Shown here: piece by piece, positions 48,085 to 59,225 of the stretch
Layout of the letters: every line of letters begins with the position of its first letter
Position numbering within the stretch: position 1 is the first letter of the stretch
Source of the DNA: Alphaproteobacteria bacterium
GTDB taxonomy: Bacteria; Pseudomonadota; Alphaproteobacteria; Bin95
Length of the DNA: 64,000 bases
Assembly (NCBI GenBank): GCA_963665325.3
Contig: CAXXWS020000003.1
Span: 64,001-128,000 of the forward strand
Direction of reading: 5' to 3'
Notes under the pieces: generated by a model
What the model was told of the DNA's origin: nothing
The model's input: only the letters and a program-made list of their open reading frames with translations
Databases searched by the model: none
Program-made: the position numbers and the translations under genes

Positions 48085-49281
48085 ATGCGGTTTATCGAGA
48101 GCCTGAGACTGGCCGGCCTGCTCTCCTTTCCGCCGGACATGGAGCCGTTTGAGCTCGAATCCCTCAATGTCCTCATCGGCCCGAACGGGTCCGGCAAGTC
48201 GAACTTCATCGAATCGTTCGAATTGTTGAAAGCACTTCCGAACGACCTCGCGGTGGCGATTCGCCAAGGTGGAGGCATACGGGATTGGATTTGGAAGGGT
48301 GCTTCATCGGGGGGAAAAGCAGAAATTGGATTGACTACTATACGCCGAACAATACCCAATGTCTTTGAAACACTACCCGCAATTGATTACCTTATTGAAT
48401 TTCAGGAAATACACGACCGAATCGATATCTGTGGTGAAATAATATCTAGATCTACAATAGAAAATGAAGAGCCATTGGTTTATTTCAACAATGGACCAGA
48501 CTTATTTGACATCAATGTTCTGGAGGATTCAAGAAACGAGAAAACATATAGAAAGCTTACCGTTTCGGATTTTTCATATGGCCAATCGATTCTTTCACAG
48601 CTGAGGGATCCGACAAAATACCGACAAATAAACTGGCTCGGCAGGGAATTTTCCTCGATCCAAACCTTCCGAGAGTGGTCGTTTGGTCGTGACGCAGAAC
48701 TTCGAAGGCCTCAAAGAGCCGATTTGCCAGATGACCGTCTCCTTCCTGACAACCAAAATTTAGCTATGGTACTAAACAAAATAGAGCATCACAAAGGGAA
48801 GACATTTGATGAGTTGCTCCGAAGGTTCTTTCCTCGTTTCGAGCGAATGACCACGCGGGTGTCGGGAGGGATCGTTCAGTTCTACTTACACGAAGAGAGG
48901 TTTTCCTCTCCAATTCCAGCAACCCGCATCTCCGACGGCACACTCCGTTTCATCGCCATGCTGGCGGTGCTGCTGTCGCCGGAGCCGCCGCCGCTGGTTT
49001 GCATCGAAGAGCCGGAATTGGGGCTGCATCCGGACGCAGTGGCGCTGATGGCGGAGGTATTGTCCGAAGCGTCGGAGCGGATGCAGCTTGTGGTGACCAC
49101 GCACTCGGACACGCTGGTCTCAGCGCTGACGAGCCGTCCCAGCGCCATCATCGCCTGCGAGCGCCCCGGCGACGGCACGATGTTACGGCGGCTGGATCCC
49201 GAGCGGCTCGCCCACTGGCTTGAAGACGATTACGGCCTCGGAGACCTCTGGCGTATGGGGGCGCTGGGCGCAAACCCGTGA
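48085..49281 (+). CDS. ABC-type ATPase (AAA_21/AbiEii-like)
   Basis: LIGPNGSGKSN, signature ISDGT, Walker B CIEEPELGLHP, H-loop TTHS, C-terminal LGDLWRMG. Confidence 0.9.
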   Translation: MRFIESLRLAGLLSFPPDMEPFELESLNVLIGPNGSGKSNFIESFELLKALPNDLAVAIRQGGGIRDWIWKGASSGGKAEIGLTTIRRTIPNVFETLPAIDYLIEFQEIHDRIDICGEIISRSTIENEEPLVYFNNGPDLFDINVLEDSRNEKTYRKLTVSDFSYGQSILSQLRDPTKYRQINWLGREFSSIQTFREWSFGRDAELRRPQRADLPDDRLLPDNQNLAMVLNKIEHHKGKTFDELLRRFFPRFERMTTRVSGGIVQFYLHEERFSSPIPATRISDGTLRFIAMLAVLLSPEPPPLVCIEEPELGLHPDAVALMAEVLSEASERMQLVVTTHSDTLVSALTSRPSAIIACERPGDGTMLRRLDPERLAHWLEDDYGLGDLWRMGALGANP

Positions 49282-49889
49282 GCGCCGTTTCGATCTTCAT
49301 GGAGGGAGGGGGACCCCGTGCGGCCGGTCAGGACCGGCTTCGGCGGGGCATGGACGTGTTCCTGCAAGAGTTGAGGGAGGCGGCTAGAGCCGCCTCCTGG
49401 CGCTGGCGGCTCATCTGTTGCGGAGACCGGGGCCGCGCATTCAAGGCATTCGAGGCGGAGGTAAAGCAGGGCGAATCGGGGCTTGCCGTGCTTCTGGTCG
49501 ATTCCGAGGACCCGGTGACTGCGGACACGTTCCGGGAGCATCTTGAAAGGCGGGACGGATGGACAATCGATTTCGTCCCGGACGGCAGGATTCATCTCAT
49601 GGTCCAGACGATGGAAACATGGATCGTCGCCGACAGGCCGGCATTGGAAGAATATTACGGCGATGGGTTGAAAGCCGATGAGCTTCCCGGAGCGGACGAT
49701 CTGGAATCGGCATCCGGCGTCGATAAATCCCTGGAGAGGGCGACAAGAAACACAACGCACGGAGAATATCGCAAAATCGGCCATGCAAGCGACTTGCTCC
49801 AACGGATAGACCCGGAGACGGTGCAACGACGCTGCCCGGCCTGCCGGCGCCTGTTCGAGACGCTGGCGAAGGAAATCGGGCGGCAATAG
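49278..49889 (+). CDS. DUF4276-like (TOPRIM-related) protein
   Basis: IFMEGGG, LLVDSEDP, MVQTMETWIVAD, YRKIGHAS, CPACRRLF; start overlaps the ATPase stop. Confidence 0.8.
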   Translation: MSAVSIFMEGGGPRAAGQDRLRRGMDVFLQELREAARAASWRWRLICCGDRGRAFKAFEAEVKQGESGLAVLLVDSEDPVTADTFREHLERRDGWTIDFVPDGRIHLMVQTMETWIVADRPALEEYYGDGLKADELPGADDLESASGVDKSLERATRNTTHGEYRKIGHASDLLQRIDPETVQRRCPACRRLFETLAKEIGRQ

Positions 49890-49954
49890 CCGGGGACTGC
49901 GCGCCTCTTCCTCCGGCTGCTGTCCGTCGCCCCCGAAGAATCTCCCCACGGGGG

Positions 49955-49984
49955 TTGAAATCGCGCACTGTTCGTATTATGTTC
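49955..49984 (+). promoter_or_regulatory. Putative promoter with alphaproteobacterial LexA (SOS) box
   Basis: GTTC-GTATTAT-GTTC (GTTC-N7-GTTC) at 49970-49984 overlapping TTGAAA-17 bp-TATGTT. Confidence 0.55.
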
Positions 49985-50284
49985 CATTCTGTGCACAGCA
50001 ACCGGAACCCGGCGGCGCGCGCGGCCGGTGGGTTTTTCGGCCCCCTCCCGGGGAACGGGTGAAGTGCGTCCTGTGCCCGCTTCGCGCGCGGGGGCGCAGG
50101 CGCAATCAGGCGCGCGAACCGCGCCGGCGCTAACGCGCGCGGACGGGCGCGCGATACGCGCGGCAAGGGGTCCCGCCGCTCTGGCGCCGGGCCAGCGGCG
50201 ATGAGGGAATGGAGGAGAACGGAACGCGATGGAGGAACGATATGCGGGAACGGAACGGCAAGGCTGCGGCGGGGGCATGGCGAA

Positions 50285-50321
50285 CATGACATCGCATGAC
50301 AGAACATGACAATTCATGACA
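50285..50321. repeat. Four CATGACA direct repeats with an exact 10-bp period
   Basis: CATGACA at 50285, 50295, 50305, 50315. Confidence 0.9.
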
Positions 50322-50554
50322 TTCCGCTGGAGTGGGCCCCTGGGTCCGGACAGTTTGGTTGAATGCAATTGACGGGTGCGCGGGCATTGGAAGGATCACA
50401 GCCCATGAGGAAGCACCGCACACCGCTGGAACCTTCACCCGTCGGGTGACCCCCAAGGCACTCTCTCAATCCGCTCTTAGACCCAATCTAAAACCGAGCC
50501 CCAGAAAACCCCCACCCTCAAATGCCGGATCTAGGATAACAAGCCATCCCGCCC

Positions 50555-52054
50555 CTAGCCCGCCTCCTGCCACCGCAGCACCGGCTTGCGCGCCGCCTGG
50601 GTCTCGTCCAGCCGGCGTCTCGGCGCGTGGAAGGGAGCCTCCGTCAGCGGCGCGCCGTCCTTCGCACGATCCGCCAGGCCGCGCATGATGGCGACGAAGC
50701 GGTCCAAGCTTGCGCGGGTCTCGGTTTCCGTGGGTTCCACCAGCATCGCGCCATGCACCACCAGCGGAAAGTAGACCGTCATCGGGTGCAGGCCCTCGTC
50801 GATCATCGCCTTGGCGATGTCCAGCGTGGAGACGCCGGTATCCTTGAGCGCGCGGTCGTCGAACAGCGCCTCGTGCATGGCCGGGCCGGCATGGGCGAAG
50901 GGCGCGGAATACACGTCCTCGAGCTGGCGCAGCAGGTAGTTTGCATTCAGCACCGCATCGCCCGAGACCTGTCGGAGCCCGTCCGCCCCGTGGCTCATCA
51001 TGTAGGCGAGCGCGCGCACGAACATGCCCATCTGGCCGTGGAAGGCCTTCATCCGCCCGAAGGCCCGCCCGTTCGCCTCCTCCAGCCTGAACACCCCGTC
51101 TTCCTCGACAATGCGCGGCACCGGCGCGAAGGGCGCCAGCGCGTCGGAGAACACCACCGGCCCCGAGCCCGGCCCGCCGCCGCCGTGCGGGGTCGAGAAG
51201 GTCTTGTGCAGGTTGATGTGCATGGCATCGACGCCGAGATCGCCCGGGCGCACGCGCCCGACGATGGCGTTGAAATTGGCCCCGTCGCAGTAGAAATAGC
51301 CGCCGGCTTCGTGGACGGCGTCGGCGATGCGCCGGATGTCGTTCTCGAACACGCCGCAGGTGTTGGGGTTGGTCAGCATCACCGCCGCAACCCCGCCCTC
51401 GCCCGCCAGCGCCTCGAAGCGTTCCGGATCGACCCGCCCCCGTCCGTCCTCCGGGATCGAGACGACCTCGAAACCGAGCGCGGCGGCCGTCGCCGGGTTT
51501 GTGCCATGCGCCGAATCCGGCACCAGAACGCGCTTCCGGTCCGCATTCGCCGCGCCGCCTGCGTCGAGCGCGGCGCGGATCGCCATCATGCCGCAAAGCT
51601 CGCCATGCGCGCCGGCGCCGGGCGTGAGCGCGACGCCCGGCATGCCGGTCAGCACGGTCAGCCAGCGCTGCAGCTCGCGGCAGAGCGCGAGCGCCCCCTG
51701 CACCGTGCTCTCCGGCTGAAGCGGGTGGATGTCCGCAAAGCCCGGCAGCCGCGCCACGCGCTCGTTCAGGCGTGGATTGTGCTTCATGGTGCAGGAGCCG
51801 AGCGGGAAGAGGCCCGTGTCGATGCCGTAATTCTTCTGCGAGAGACGGGTGTAGTGGCGCACCACGGTCGGCTCCGCGAGGCTCGGCAGACCGATGGGGC
51901 CCGAGCGCCCAAGCCCGCCCAGCCGGTCGGGGCCCGGCTCCGCTTCAGGCCAGTCCACGCCGAGGGCGCCGGGGCTGTCCTGCTCGAAGATCAGCGGCTC
52001 CTCGATGCGGAGCCCGAGATCGCCGGAGACCGTGTCGTGGGACGAACCGCTCAT
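50555..52054 (-). CDS. gcvPB: Glycine dehydrogenase (decarboxylating) subunit 2
   Basis: [40 protein letters not shown] (PLP lysine). Confidence 0.97.
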   Translation of the reverse strand: MSGSSHDTVSGDLGLRIEEPLIFEQDSPGALGVDWPEAEPGPDRLGGLGRSGPIGLPSLAEPTVVRHYTRLSQKNYGIDTGLFPLGSCTMKHNPRLNERVARLPGFADIHPLQPESTVQGALALCRELQRWLTVLTGMPGVALTPGAGAHGELCGMMAIRAALDAGGAANADRKRVLVPDSAHGTNPATAAALGFEVVSIPEDGRGRVDPERFEALAGEGGVAAVMLTNPNTCGVFENDIRRIADAVHEAGGYFYCDGANFNAIVGRVRPGDLGVDAMHINLHKTFSTPHGGGGPGSGPVVFSDALAPFAPVPRIVEEDGVFRLEEANGRAFGRMKAFHGQMGMFVRALAYMMSHGADGLRQVSGDAVLNANYLLRQLEDVYSAPFAHAGPAMHEALFDDRALKDTGVSTLDIAKAMIDEGLHPMTVYFPLVVHGAMLVEPTETETRASLDRFVAIMRGLADRAKDGAPLTEAPFHAPRRRLDETQAARKPVLRWQEAG

Positions 52055-53370
52055 GACAATGCCTCCGCCAGGGCCGCCAGGTCTTCCTCGGCCGCCGTCT
52101 CGGTCACCGCGACCAGCAGCAGGTCGTCGAGCCCCGCGCCCGGATAGAGGCGCGAAACGGGTACGCCCGCAAGGATGCCTTCACCGGCCAGCCGCTCGAC
52201 CGTTTCCGCCGCATCGCCGTCCAGCCGGACGGTGAACTCGTTGAAGAAGGCCGGGGTGACCACGCGCCCGCCCAACCGGTCGGCCAGCGCCACGGCGCCG
52301 GCATGGTTGAGCGCGGCGAGGCGCTTCAGCCCGGTCTCGCCCAGCAGGGTCAGATGGATGGTGAAGGCGAGCGAACAGAGGCCGGAATTGGTGCAGATAT
52401 TGCTGGTCGCGCGCTCGCGGCGGATGTGCTGCTCGCGCGTCGCCAGGGTCAGCACATAGCCGCGCCGGCCGTCGGCATCCACGGTCTCGCCGCAAAGCCG
52501 GCCCGGCATCTGGCGCATATGGCGGGTGCGGGCGGCGAACAGGCCGAGATGCGGGCCGCCAAAGCCCATTGCATTGCCGAGCGACTGGCCCTCGGCCGCA
52601 ACGATATCGGCCCCCATCTCGCCCGGCGGCCTGAGCGCGCCGAGCGCCACGATCTCGGTGACGACGACCACCAGCAGCGCGCCCTTCGCATGGGCGGCCT
52701 CCGCCAGCGCGGAGTAGTCGGCGACATTGCCGAACAGGTCCGGATACTGGACGACGACGCAGGAGGTTTCCTCGTCGATGCGCGACGCCAGGTCCTCGCC
52801 GCCGGCGGGCATGGGCGGGCCGGCCTCCAGCGTGAAGCCCTGGAAGCGCGCGAGCGTCGCCGCCGTGTCGCGGTAATGCGGGTGGAGATTGCCGGAGACC
52901 ACGGCCTTCGAGCGCCGGGTGACGCGGTTCGCCATCGTCACGGCCTCTGCCGCGGCCGTCGCGCCGTCGTACATGGAGGCGTTGGCGACCTCCATGCCGG
53001 TCAGCAGGCAGACCTGGGTCTGAAACTCGAACAGGTATTGCAGCGTGCCCTGGGCGATTTCCGGCTGATAGGGCGTATAGGAGGTGAGGAACTCGCCGCG
53101 CTGGATCAGGTAGTCCACGGCCGCCGGGATGTGGTGGCGGTAGCTGCCGGCCCCGCAGAAGAAGGGGCCCGCGCCCGCCGCCCGGTTCCGCGCGGCAAGC
53201 CGCGAGAGCCGCCGCTCGACCTCGAACTCGCCGGCATGGTGCGGCAGGTCCACCGGCTCCGCCAGCAGCGCGCCTTCGGGCACGTCCGCGAACAGGGCCT
53301 CCACCGACGGCGCGCCGATCGCCTGGAGCATCCCGCTGCGGTCGGCGTCGGTGATCGGCAGGTAGCGCAT
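52051..53370 (-). CDS. gcvPA: Glycine dehydrogenase (decarboxylating) subunit 1
   Basis: [42 protein letters not shown]. Confidence 0.97.
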   Translation of the reverse strand: MRYLPITDADRSGMLQAIGAPSVEALFADVPEGALLAEPVDLPHHAGEFEVERRLSRLAARNRAAGAGPFFCGAGSYRHHIPAAVDYLIQRGEFLTSYTPYQPEIAQGTLQYLFEFQTQVCLLTGMEVANASMYDGATAAAEAVTMANRVTRRSKAVVSGNLHPHYRDTAATLARFQGFTLEAGPPMPAGGEDLASRIDEETSCVVVQYPDLFGNVADYSALAEAAHAKGALLVVVVTEIVALGALRPPGEMGADIVAAEGQSLGNAMGFGGPHLGLFAARTRHMRQMPGRLCGETVDADGRRGYVLTLATREQHIRRERATSNICTNSGLCSLAFTIHLTLLGETGLKRLAALNHAGAVALADRLGGRVVTPAFFNEFTVRLDGDAAETVERLAGEGILAGVPVSRLYPGAGLDDLLLVAVTETAAEEDLAALAEALS

Positions 53371-53750
53371 CAGTCGAGTTCCTCGACGAAGGCCTGGTAG
53401 CCCTCTTCGTCCATCAGCTCGTCGAGCTCGCCCTCGTCGTCGATCTGCATGCGGAAGAACCAGCCCTGGTCCTCGGCGGACTCGTTGACGAGGTCGGGCG
53501 ACTCTTCGAGCCGGTCGTTGACCGCGAGGATCGTGCCGGTCAGCGGCGCATAGACGTCGCTTGCCGCCTTGGTGCTCTCAACCACCGCGGCCTCGCCGTC
53601 GCGGGCGACCTGCACGCCTACCTCCGGCAGTTCGACATAGACGACGTCGCCCAATTGCGTCTGGGCGTAATCGGTGATGCCGCAGATCGCAGCACCGTCC
53701 TCGATCCGCACCCATTCATGTTCGCGCGTGTAGTAGGTCTTGACGGCCAT
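53370..53750 (-). CDS. gcvH: Glycine cleavage system H protein
   Basis: [32 protein letters not shown] (lipoyl lysine). Confidence 0.97.
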   Translation of the reverse strand: MAVKTYYTREHEWVRIEDGAAICGITDYAQTQLGDVVYVELPEVGVQVARDGEAAVVESTKAASDVYAPLTGTILAVNDRLEESPDLVNESAEDQGWFFRMQIDDEGELDELMDEEGYQAFVEELD

Positions 53751-53758
53751 CGGACTTC

Positions 53759-54838
53759 TCAGCCTCGGAAATAGTTGTGGGGAACGAAGGGAAGGCGGAC
53801 GACCCGCCCGGGCCGCGGCTTCCCGCGGATATCGAAGTCGATTTCCGTGCCGGGCGCGGTGAGCGCGACCGGCAGGTAGCCCATGGCGACCGGGCCACCG
53901 AGCACCGGCGAGAAACCGCCGCTGGCCACCCAGCCGACCGCCTCTCCGGAGCCGTCGAGCAGGTCGGAGCCCTCGCGCGCGATCACCCGGCCCTCGGGCC
54001 TCACGCCGACGCGGCGCCGGGCGGGAGGGGTGTCGAGAATGCGCGCCGCGCCGGGGAAGCCGCGCTCCTCGCGGCGGCGCTTCGGCAGGGTCCAGCCGAG
54101 GCCGGCTTCCAGCGGCGTCGTATCCTCGTCGAGGTCCCGCCCGTAGAGGCAGAGGCCCGCTTCCAGCCGCAGCGAGTTGCGCGCATCGAGCCCCGCCCAG
54201 GCGACGGCTTCATGGGCGAGCAGCCGCCTGGCGAGCGCTTCGGCGTCGGCGCCGGCGACCGACAGCTCGAAACCGTCCTCGCCCGTATAGCCCGAGCGCG
54301 AGACGCGCGCCGGCACGCCGCAGGCCTCGCCCTCGCGCCAGGCCATGAACGGCAGATCGGCGAAATCCGGCAGCACCGCCGCCGCCGCCGGCCCCTGCAG
54401 GGCCAGCAGGGCGCGGTCCGGCTCCGGCACGATATCCACCCTGCCGCCAAGATGGCGGCGAAGATGTTCTATGTCCTGGTTCCTGCGCCCGGCATTGACC
54501 ACAAGTCCGAGGCCGCCCGGCACGCGCGAAACGATCAGGTCGTCCAGAATGCCGCCGTTCTCGAGGGTGAAGAGGGTGTAACGCATGGCGCCGTCGCCGA
54601 GGCCACAGATATCGCCGGTCACGAGCGTCTCCAGCGCCTCGTCGGCACCCGGACCCATCAGCCGCAGCTGGCCCATATGGCTGACATCGAACAGCGCCGC
54701 CCGGTTGCGGGCCTGATTGTGCTCGGCAACGCTGCCCTCCGGATAGCGCAGCGGCATGTCGAAGCCCACGAAAGGCTCCATGCGCGCGCCGGCGGCGAGG
54801 TGCATTGCGTGCAACGGTGTCTTCAGCAGTTCGGTCAT
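53759..54838 (-). CDS. gcvT: Glycine cleavage system aminomethyltransferase T
   Basis: LFDVSHMGQ, RSGYTGEDGFE, LRLEAGLCLYG, PFVPHNY. Confidence 0.95.
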   Translation of the reverse strand: MTELLKTPLHAMHLAAGARMEPFVGFDMPLRYPEGSVAEHNQARNRAALFDVSHMGQLRLMGPGADEALETLVTGDICGLGDGAMRYTLFTLENGGILDDLIVSRVPGGLGLVVNAGRRNQDIEHLRRHLGGRVDIVPEPDRALLALQGPAAAAVLPDFADLPFMAWREGEACGVPARVSRSGYTGEDGFELSVAGADAEALARRLLAHEAVAWAGLDARNSLRLEAGLCLYGRDLDEDTTPLEAGLGWTLPKRRREERGFPGAARILDTPPARRRVGVRPEGRVIAREGSDLLDGSGEAVGWVASGGFSPVLGGPVAMGYLPVALTAPGTEIDFDIRGKPRPGRVVRLPFVPHNYFRG

Positions 54839-54884
54839 CGACGGACCCTCCGGCTTCCGGGCCCGCCTTGCGGCCTGCCCGTCT

Positions 54885-55055
54885 GCCCCCTCTGTCCGTC
54901 CGACCTGAAAGAATCCGGCTTAGCCGTTACATCTTCGGTGGGGCGTATGCGCCCGCTTTCCAGAGTTGCCTCCCCGCGCGGTCCGGGTGCCTGAGAGTTT
55001 CCGGGGCGGTTGCTCCTTCGGCGCCGGCTCGCAATGCCGGACTCTCCCGCGCAGA
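54885..55055 (-). ncRNA. Tandem glycine riboswitch
   Basis: Minus strand aptamer 1 GGAGAG...CGCCGAAGGAGCAA...AAACTCTCAGG and aptamer 2 CTCTGGAAAG...CACCGAAGATGTAA...CTTTCAGG...GACAGAG, directly upstream of gcvT. Confidence 0.93.
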
Positions 55056-55095
55056 TCGACGGCAGAAGGATGGTCGCAGACGCCGGGCCGGCTTG

Positions 55096-55914
55096 TCAAT
55101 GCGCCATGAACACCGGAAGTTCGGCATTGAACAGGATGTAGTTGGTCGGCCCGCCGAACAGCGCCTGGCGCAACCGGCCGCGCGTATAGCCGCCCTTCAA
55201 CAGCAGGTCCGCGCCGCGCTCCGCCGCGATTTCCAGGGTCTTGTGGCCGCTCTCCCCGAGCCCCGCCTCCACGACCAGCGAGCCGGCCTCGATACCCTCG
55301 CGTCCGAGCTGGCGCGCCACCGCTTCGCCCGTCGGCCCCGGCACCGTCATGCCGGTAACGGTCAGCACCGTGACCTGTTCGGCAAGGCGCAGCAGGTCCA
55401 GCGCCGCACGGATGGTGCGGACGGTTTCGGAGGAGCCGTTCCACGCGATCAGAATGTTGCGGCCCAACTCGGCAGGAGCCCGGGCCGGCACCGCCAGAAT
55501 CGCCTGGCCGCTGTCGAACAGGGCCGTTTCGAGCGTTCCGAGGGACGGGCCGCTGGAACCTTTCACCGGCCGGCCTACCACCACCACATCGTACACGCGG
55601 GCATGGTTGCCGAGATTGTCGAGGCCGGATTCGCTCTCGGACCAGACCGCCCGGTCGCCGATCCCGGCGGCCTCGACGAAGGCCTCGAAACGGCGCCGCG
55701 CCTCGGCGGCGCGGCGGTCATCCTCGCGCTCGAACCGCTCGACGAGCGCCGGCAAGGCAGCGCCGCTGTCGTCGGTCGCCATGATGGCGGAGGGGTCGGT
55801 GTGGAAATGCGCGGCCTCGAGCCAGCCGTCGATGCGGCCGCGGAGGCATTCGGCGGCAGTGAGCACGCTCTCTAGGGAATCCAGGTCGTTGGTAGGCACC
55901 AGAATCGATTTCAT
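55096..55914 (-). CDS. Universal stress protein (tandem Usp)
   Basis: MKSILVP, NILIAWNGSSETVR, ADLLLKGGYTRGRLRQALFGGPT. Confidence 0.9.
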   Translation of the reverse strand: MKSILVPTNDLDSLESVLTAAECLRGRIDGWLEAAHFHTDPSAIMATDDSGAALPALVERFEREDDRRAAEARRRFEAFVEAAGIGDRAVWSESESGLDNLGNHARVYDVVVVGRPVKGSSGPSLGTLETALFDSGQAILAVPARAPAELGRNILIAWNGSSETVRTIRAALDLLRLAEQVTVLTVTGMTVPGPTGEAVARQLGREGIEAGSLVVEAGLGESGHKTLEIAAERGADLLLKGGYTRGRLRQALFGGPTNYILFNAELPVFMAH

Positions 55915-56035
55915 CGTCTCATCCTCGCTTCGCCGGAAATGGCGGCCGGCGGGGTGACAAACCGCTCGCCATGGGCCAGTCTCGGGACTGGACCGGCGGG
56001 CGGCGCGCGCCCGCAGTATCGCAGCAAAGAGGAAG

Positions 56036-56215
56036 ATGCGCATGACGGACTTGCAGGACCGCCGGGCCGCACTCGAGGCCCAGCATGCTGCACTCGACGA
56101 CGAGCTTCGCGATCTTGAAAACGACCCCTCCGCCGACGACCTGAAAGTACAGACCCTGAAGAAACGCAAACTCGCGCTGAAGGACGAGATGGCCGCCTTG
56201 GAGCGGTCCGGCTGA
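56036..56215 (+). CDS. DUF465/YdcH family small protein (59 aa; not in the ORF track)
   Basis: MRMTDLQDRRAALEAQHAALDDELRDLENDPSADDLKVQTLKKRKLALKDEMAAL. Confidence 0.85.
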   Translation: MRMTDLQDRRAALEAQHAALDDELRDLENDPSADDLKVQTLKKRKLALKDEMAALERSG

Positions 56216-56286
56216 GGCCCGCCCGGGGGATGCGCGGCTGAACCCGCCGACAGCGTAGTCGCCCGGCCGGCGTCGGAAGGGCCGGA

Positions 56287-57909
56287 ATGGACCATCCCAG
56301 CTATCTCGCCGACGTCCTGATCTTCCTGCTGGCAGCGGTAGTCGCCGTGCCGGTATTCCGCCGCCTCGGGCTTGCGGCGGTGCTCGGATATATCGGCGCC
56401 GGGGCCGTCATCGGCCCGCACGCGCTGGGCCTGGTCGAACGGATCGACAGCGCCCGTGCGCTGGCCGAGTTCGGCGTTGTCTTCCTGCTGTTCACGGTCG
56501 GGCTCGAATTGCCGCTCGACCGCCTGCGGGCGCTTGGCGGCGGCAAGTTCGCGCTGGGCCTGCTGCAGATCCTCCTCACCATGGCGGCGTTTTCGGGAGC
56601 GGGAATGGCGCTCGGGGTGTCGCCGCAGGCCGCCATTGTCATAGCGGCGGCGCTCACGCTCTCCTCGACCGCCATGGTGCTGCAATTGCTCGCCGAACGG
56701 GGCGAGTTGACGAGCCAGGCCGGCCGGTCCGCCTTCGCCGTACTGCTGGTCCAGGATATCGCCGTCGGTCCGCTTCTCGTCGTGACGTTGGTGCTCGGCG
56801 GCGCGCCGGAGGCGGTGGCGGAAGCGCTCTTCTGGTCGGTGCTGAAGGCGCTGGTTGCCGTGGTCGGCATCCTCGCTGTCGGGCGCTGGGTGGTGCGTCC
56901 GATCTACGGGCCGGTCTCCGAGGGCGGCCAGATCGAAACCTTCACTGCGCTGACCCTGCTGATCGTGCTGGCGACTGGCCTCGCCACCGAACTCGCCGGA
57001 CTGTCCATGGCCTTCGGCGCCTTCCTTGCCGGCATGTTGCTGGCCGATACCCGCCACCGCCACCAGGTCGCGGCCGTCATCCAGCCCTTCCGGGGCCTGT
57101 TGCTCGGGCTCTTCTTCATGACCGTCGGCATGGCGATCGACGCGGGCGGGGTCATCGCGCGCGCCGGCGCGCTGGCGGCGATCGTGGTCGGCCTGCTGGT
57201 CATCAAGACCGCCGTTGCAGCCGCGATCGGGTCCGCACTCGGGATGCCGATCGGGCGGGCGGTCTATGTCGGGTTGCTCCTCGCAGGCAGCGGGGAGTTC
57301 GGGTTCGTGTTGCTGGGCGCGGCAGTCGGCCGCTCGCTGCTCGAGGGGCCCGACGCGCAATTGCTCGGCATGGCGATCACATTGTCCATGGCGGCGACAC
57401 CGCTGCTGGCGTTCTTCGGGCGCCGGGCGCTCCCTGATATCGCGCAGGAGTCGGGCGAGCGCGTAGAGGCCGCGGGGCCGCATTCGGGGCATGTCGTCGT
57501 GGCGGGCTTCGGGCGGGCCGGCCGGGAATGCGCCGCGCAATTGCGCGAGGCGGGCAAGCTGCCGGTCGGCATCGATGTCCATGCAGACAATATTGCCGCC
57601 GGCCGCCGGCTGGGCTTCGAGGTGTTCCACGGCGATGCGGCGCGCCCCGAAGTGCTGGAGGCGGCCGATGTCGAGAACGCCAGCGCTGTCGTCGTGGCGT
57701 TCAACGACCCGAAGCGCGCCGTGACCATTGTCGGCCAAATGCGCTACATATTCCCCCGTCTGCGTATCGTTGCCCGGGCCCATGACGACCAGTGGGCCGA
57801 AGAGCTGCGCCGGGTCGGCGCAGACGCGGTCGCCGTCGAAATGCAGGGGGTTGCGGACGAACTCGTCGGCGCTATCGAGGGCGTTGAGCCCGGTGCAGCG
57901 ACCGAATGA
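56287..57909 (+). CDS. CPA2 cation:proton antiporter with TrkA-N domain (KefB/KefC-like)
   Basis: [57 protein letters not shown]. Confidence 0.92.
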   Translation: MDHPSYLADVLIFLLAAVVAVPVFRRLGLAAVLGYIGAGAVIGPHALGLVERIDSARALAEFGVVFLLFTVGLELPLDRLRALGGGKFALGLLQILLTMAAFSGAGMALGVSPQAAIVIAAALTLSSTAMVLQLLAERGELTSQAGRSAFAVLLVQDIAVGPLLVVTLVLGGAPEAVAEALFWSVLKALVAVVGILAVGRWVVRPIYGPVSEGGQIETFTALTLLIVLATGLATELAGLSMAFGAFLAGMLLADTRHRHQVAAVIQPFRGLLLGLFFMTVGMAIDAGGVIARAGALAAIVVGLLVIKTAVAAAIGSALGMPIGRAVYVGLLLAGSGEFGFVLLGAAVGRSLLEGPDAQLLGMAITLSMAATPLLAFFGRRALPDIAQESGERVEAAGPHSGHVVVAGFGRAGRECAAQLREAGKLPVGIDVHADNIAAGRRLGFEVFHGDAARPEVLEAADVENASAVVVAFNDPKRAVTIVGQMRYIFPRLRIVARAHDDQWAEELRRVGADAVAVEMQGVADELVGAIEGVEPGAATE

Positions 57910-57991
57910 CGGGCGCCGGAAGGAGCGGTTGCCGCCCGGGCCGCTTTGGTATAGACAACGCGGCTGCCAGATGTCCGGAAGAGGATGCCCG

Positions 57992-58180
57992 ATGGCTGTT
58001 CCGAAGAAGAAGGTGAGCCGGTCGCGCCGCGACAAGCGGCGTTCGCATCACCGCCTCGGCGCCGAAACGCATATCGAATGCCCGAATTGCGGCGAACGGA
58101 CGCGCCCGCACCACGTTTGCGCGGAGTGCGGCTATTACCGCGGCCGCGAAGTCGTCGCAGCCAGAGACGAAGCCGCCTAA
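57992..58180 (+). CDS. rpmF: 50S ribosomal protein L32
   Basis: [19 protein letters not shown]...[23 protein letters not shown]. Confidence 0.97.
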   Translation: MAVPKKKVSRSRRDKRRSHHRLGAETHIECPNCGERTRPHHVCAECGYYRGREVVAARDEAA

Positions 58181-58187
58181 GGCTCCT

Positions 58188-59225
58188 GTGCCCGACCCCA
58201 TCGTCATTGCGCTCGACGGCATGGGTGGCGATCGGGCGCCTGATATTGTGCTCCGAGGCGCGGCCCTTGCCGGCGAACGCTACCCGGAAGCGCGTTTCCA
58301 GATCCACGGCGATCCCGCACGGATGGAACGCGGCCTCGCGGCGTTGAAGGCATTCGGCGACCGGGTCGAATTGCACCCCGCAGAGAAGGTCATTGCCGAC
58401 GACGCCAAGCCTTCCTCAGCGCTACGCGGCGGCGAAGGCTCGTCGATGTGGAACGCCGTGCAGAAAGTGCGGGACGGCCAGGCCGCCGGCGTTGTCTCCG
58501 CCGGCAATACCGGCGCGCTGATGGCCGTCTCAAAGTTTCTGCTGCGCACGCCTCCGGGCGTCGGCCGCCCGGCGATCTGCTCGATCATGCCCACCCTGCG
58601 GGCCGAAATCGCCATGCTCGACCTCGGCGCGAATATCGAATGCGACGGCGAAAACCTTTTCCAGTTCGCGGTCATGGGCGCCGCATTCGCATCGGCGGTT
58701 CTGGGTCGGCGGCCGACGGTCGGGCTGCTGAATGTCGGCCAGGAGGAGTTGAAGGGCGGGTCGGCGCTGCGTGACGCCGCTGCCCGGCTCCGCGCCGTCT
58801 CCAACCCGCCCTTCGACTTCAAGGGTTTCATCGAGGGAGACGACATTACCGGCGGCGCCGTCGATGTGGTGGTCACGGACGGCTTTACGGGCAATGTCGC
58901 ACTAAAGGCGCTTGAGGGTTCGGCGCGCCTTTACGGCGCAGCCCTTCGGCGGGCAGTTAAGAGTTCGTTCGGCGGCATGGCGGGCTTCTGGCTGGCGCGC
59001 CGGGCCTTGAACAAGGTGCGCGACCGCTTCGACCCGCGACGCTACAACGGCGCCGTTTTCGTTGGGTTGAACGGCGTTGTCGTCAAGGCTCACGGCGGTT
59101 CGGACGCCTTCGCGTTTTCCAATGCGATCGGGTTTGCGGTCGATATGGCGCGCCACGGTTTCCTCGACGATGTCCGCTCGGCCTTCGAGAGCACAGCGCC
59201 ACCGGTTGCGGCGACGGCCTCTTGA
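58188..59225 (+). CDS. plsX: Phosphate acyltransferase
   Basis: [40 protein letters not shown]. Confidence 0.96.
   Translation: MPDPIVIALDGMGGDRAPDIVLRGAALAGERYPEARFQIHGDPARMERGLAALKAFGDRVELHPAEKVIADDAKPSSALRGGEGSSMWNAVQKVRDGQAAGVVSAGNTGALMAVSKFLLRTPPGVGRPAICSIMPTLRAEIAMLDLGANIECDGENLFQFAVMGAAFASAVLGRRPTVGLLNVGQEELKGGSALRDAAARLRAVSNPPFDFKGFIEGDDITGGAVDVVVTDGFTGNVALKALEGSARLYGAALRRAVKSSFGGMAGFWLARRALNKVRDRFDPRRYNGAVFVGLNGVVVKAHGGSDAFAFSNAIGFAVDMARHGFLDDVRSAFESTAPPVAATAS

Noticed and set aside
55915-58035. 979-aa ORF fusing an upstream region to the Usp gene
   Set aside because: The upstream part is antisense to the DUF465 and kef genes; the real start is 55914.
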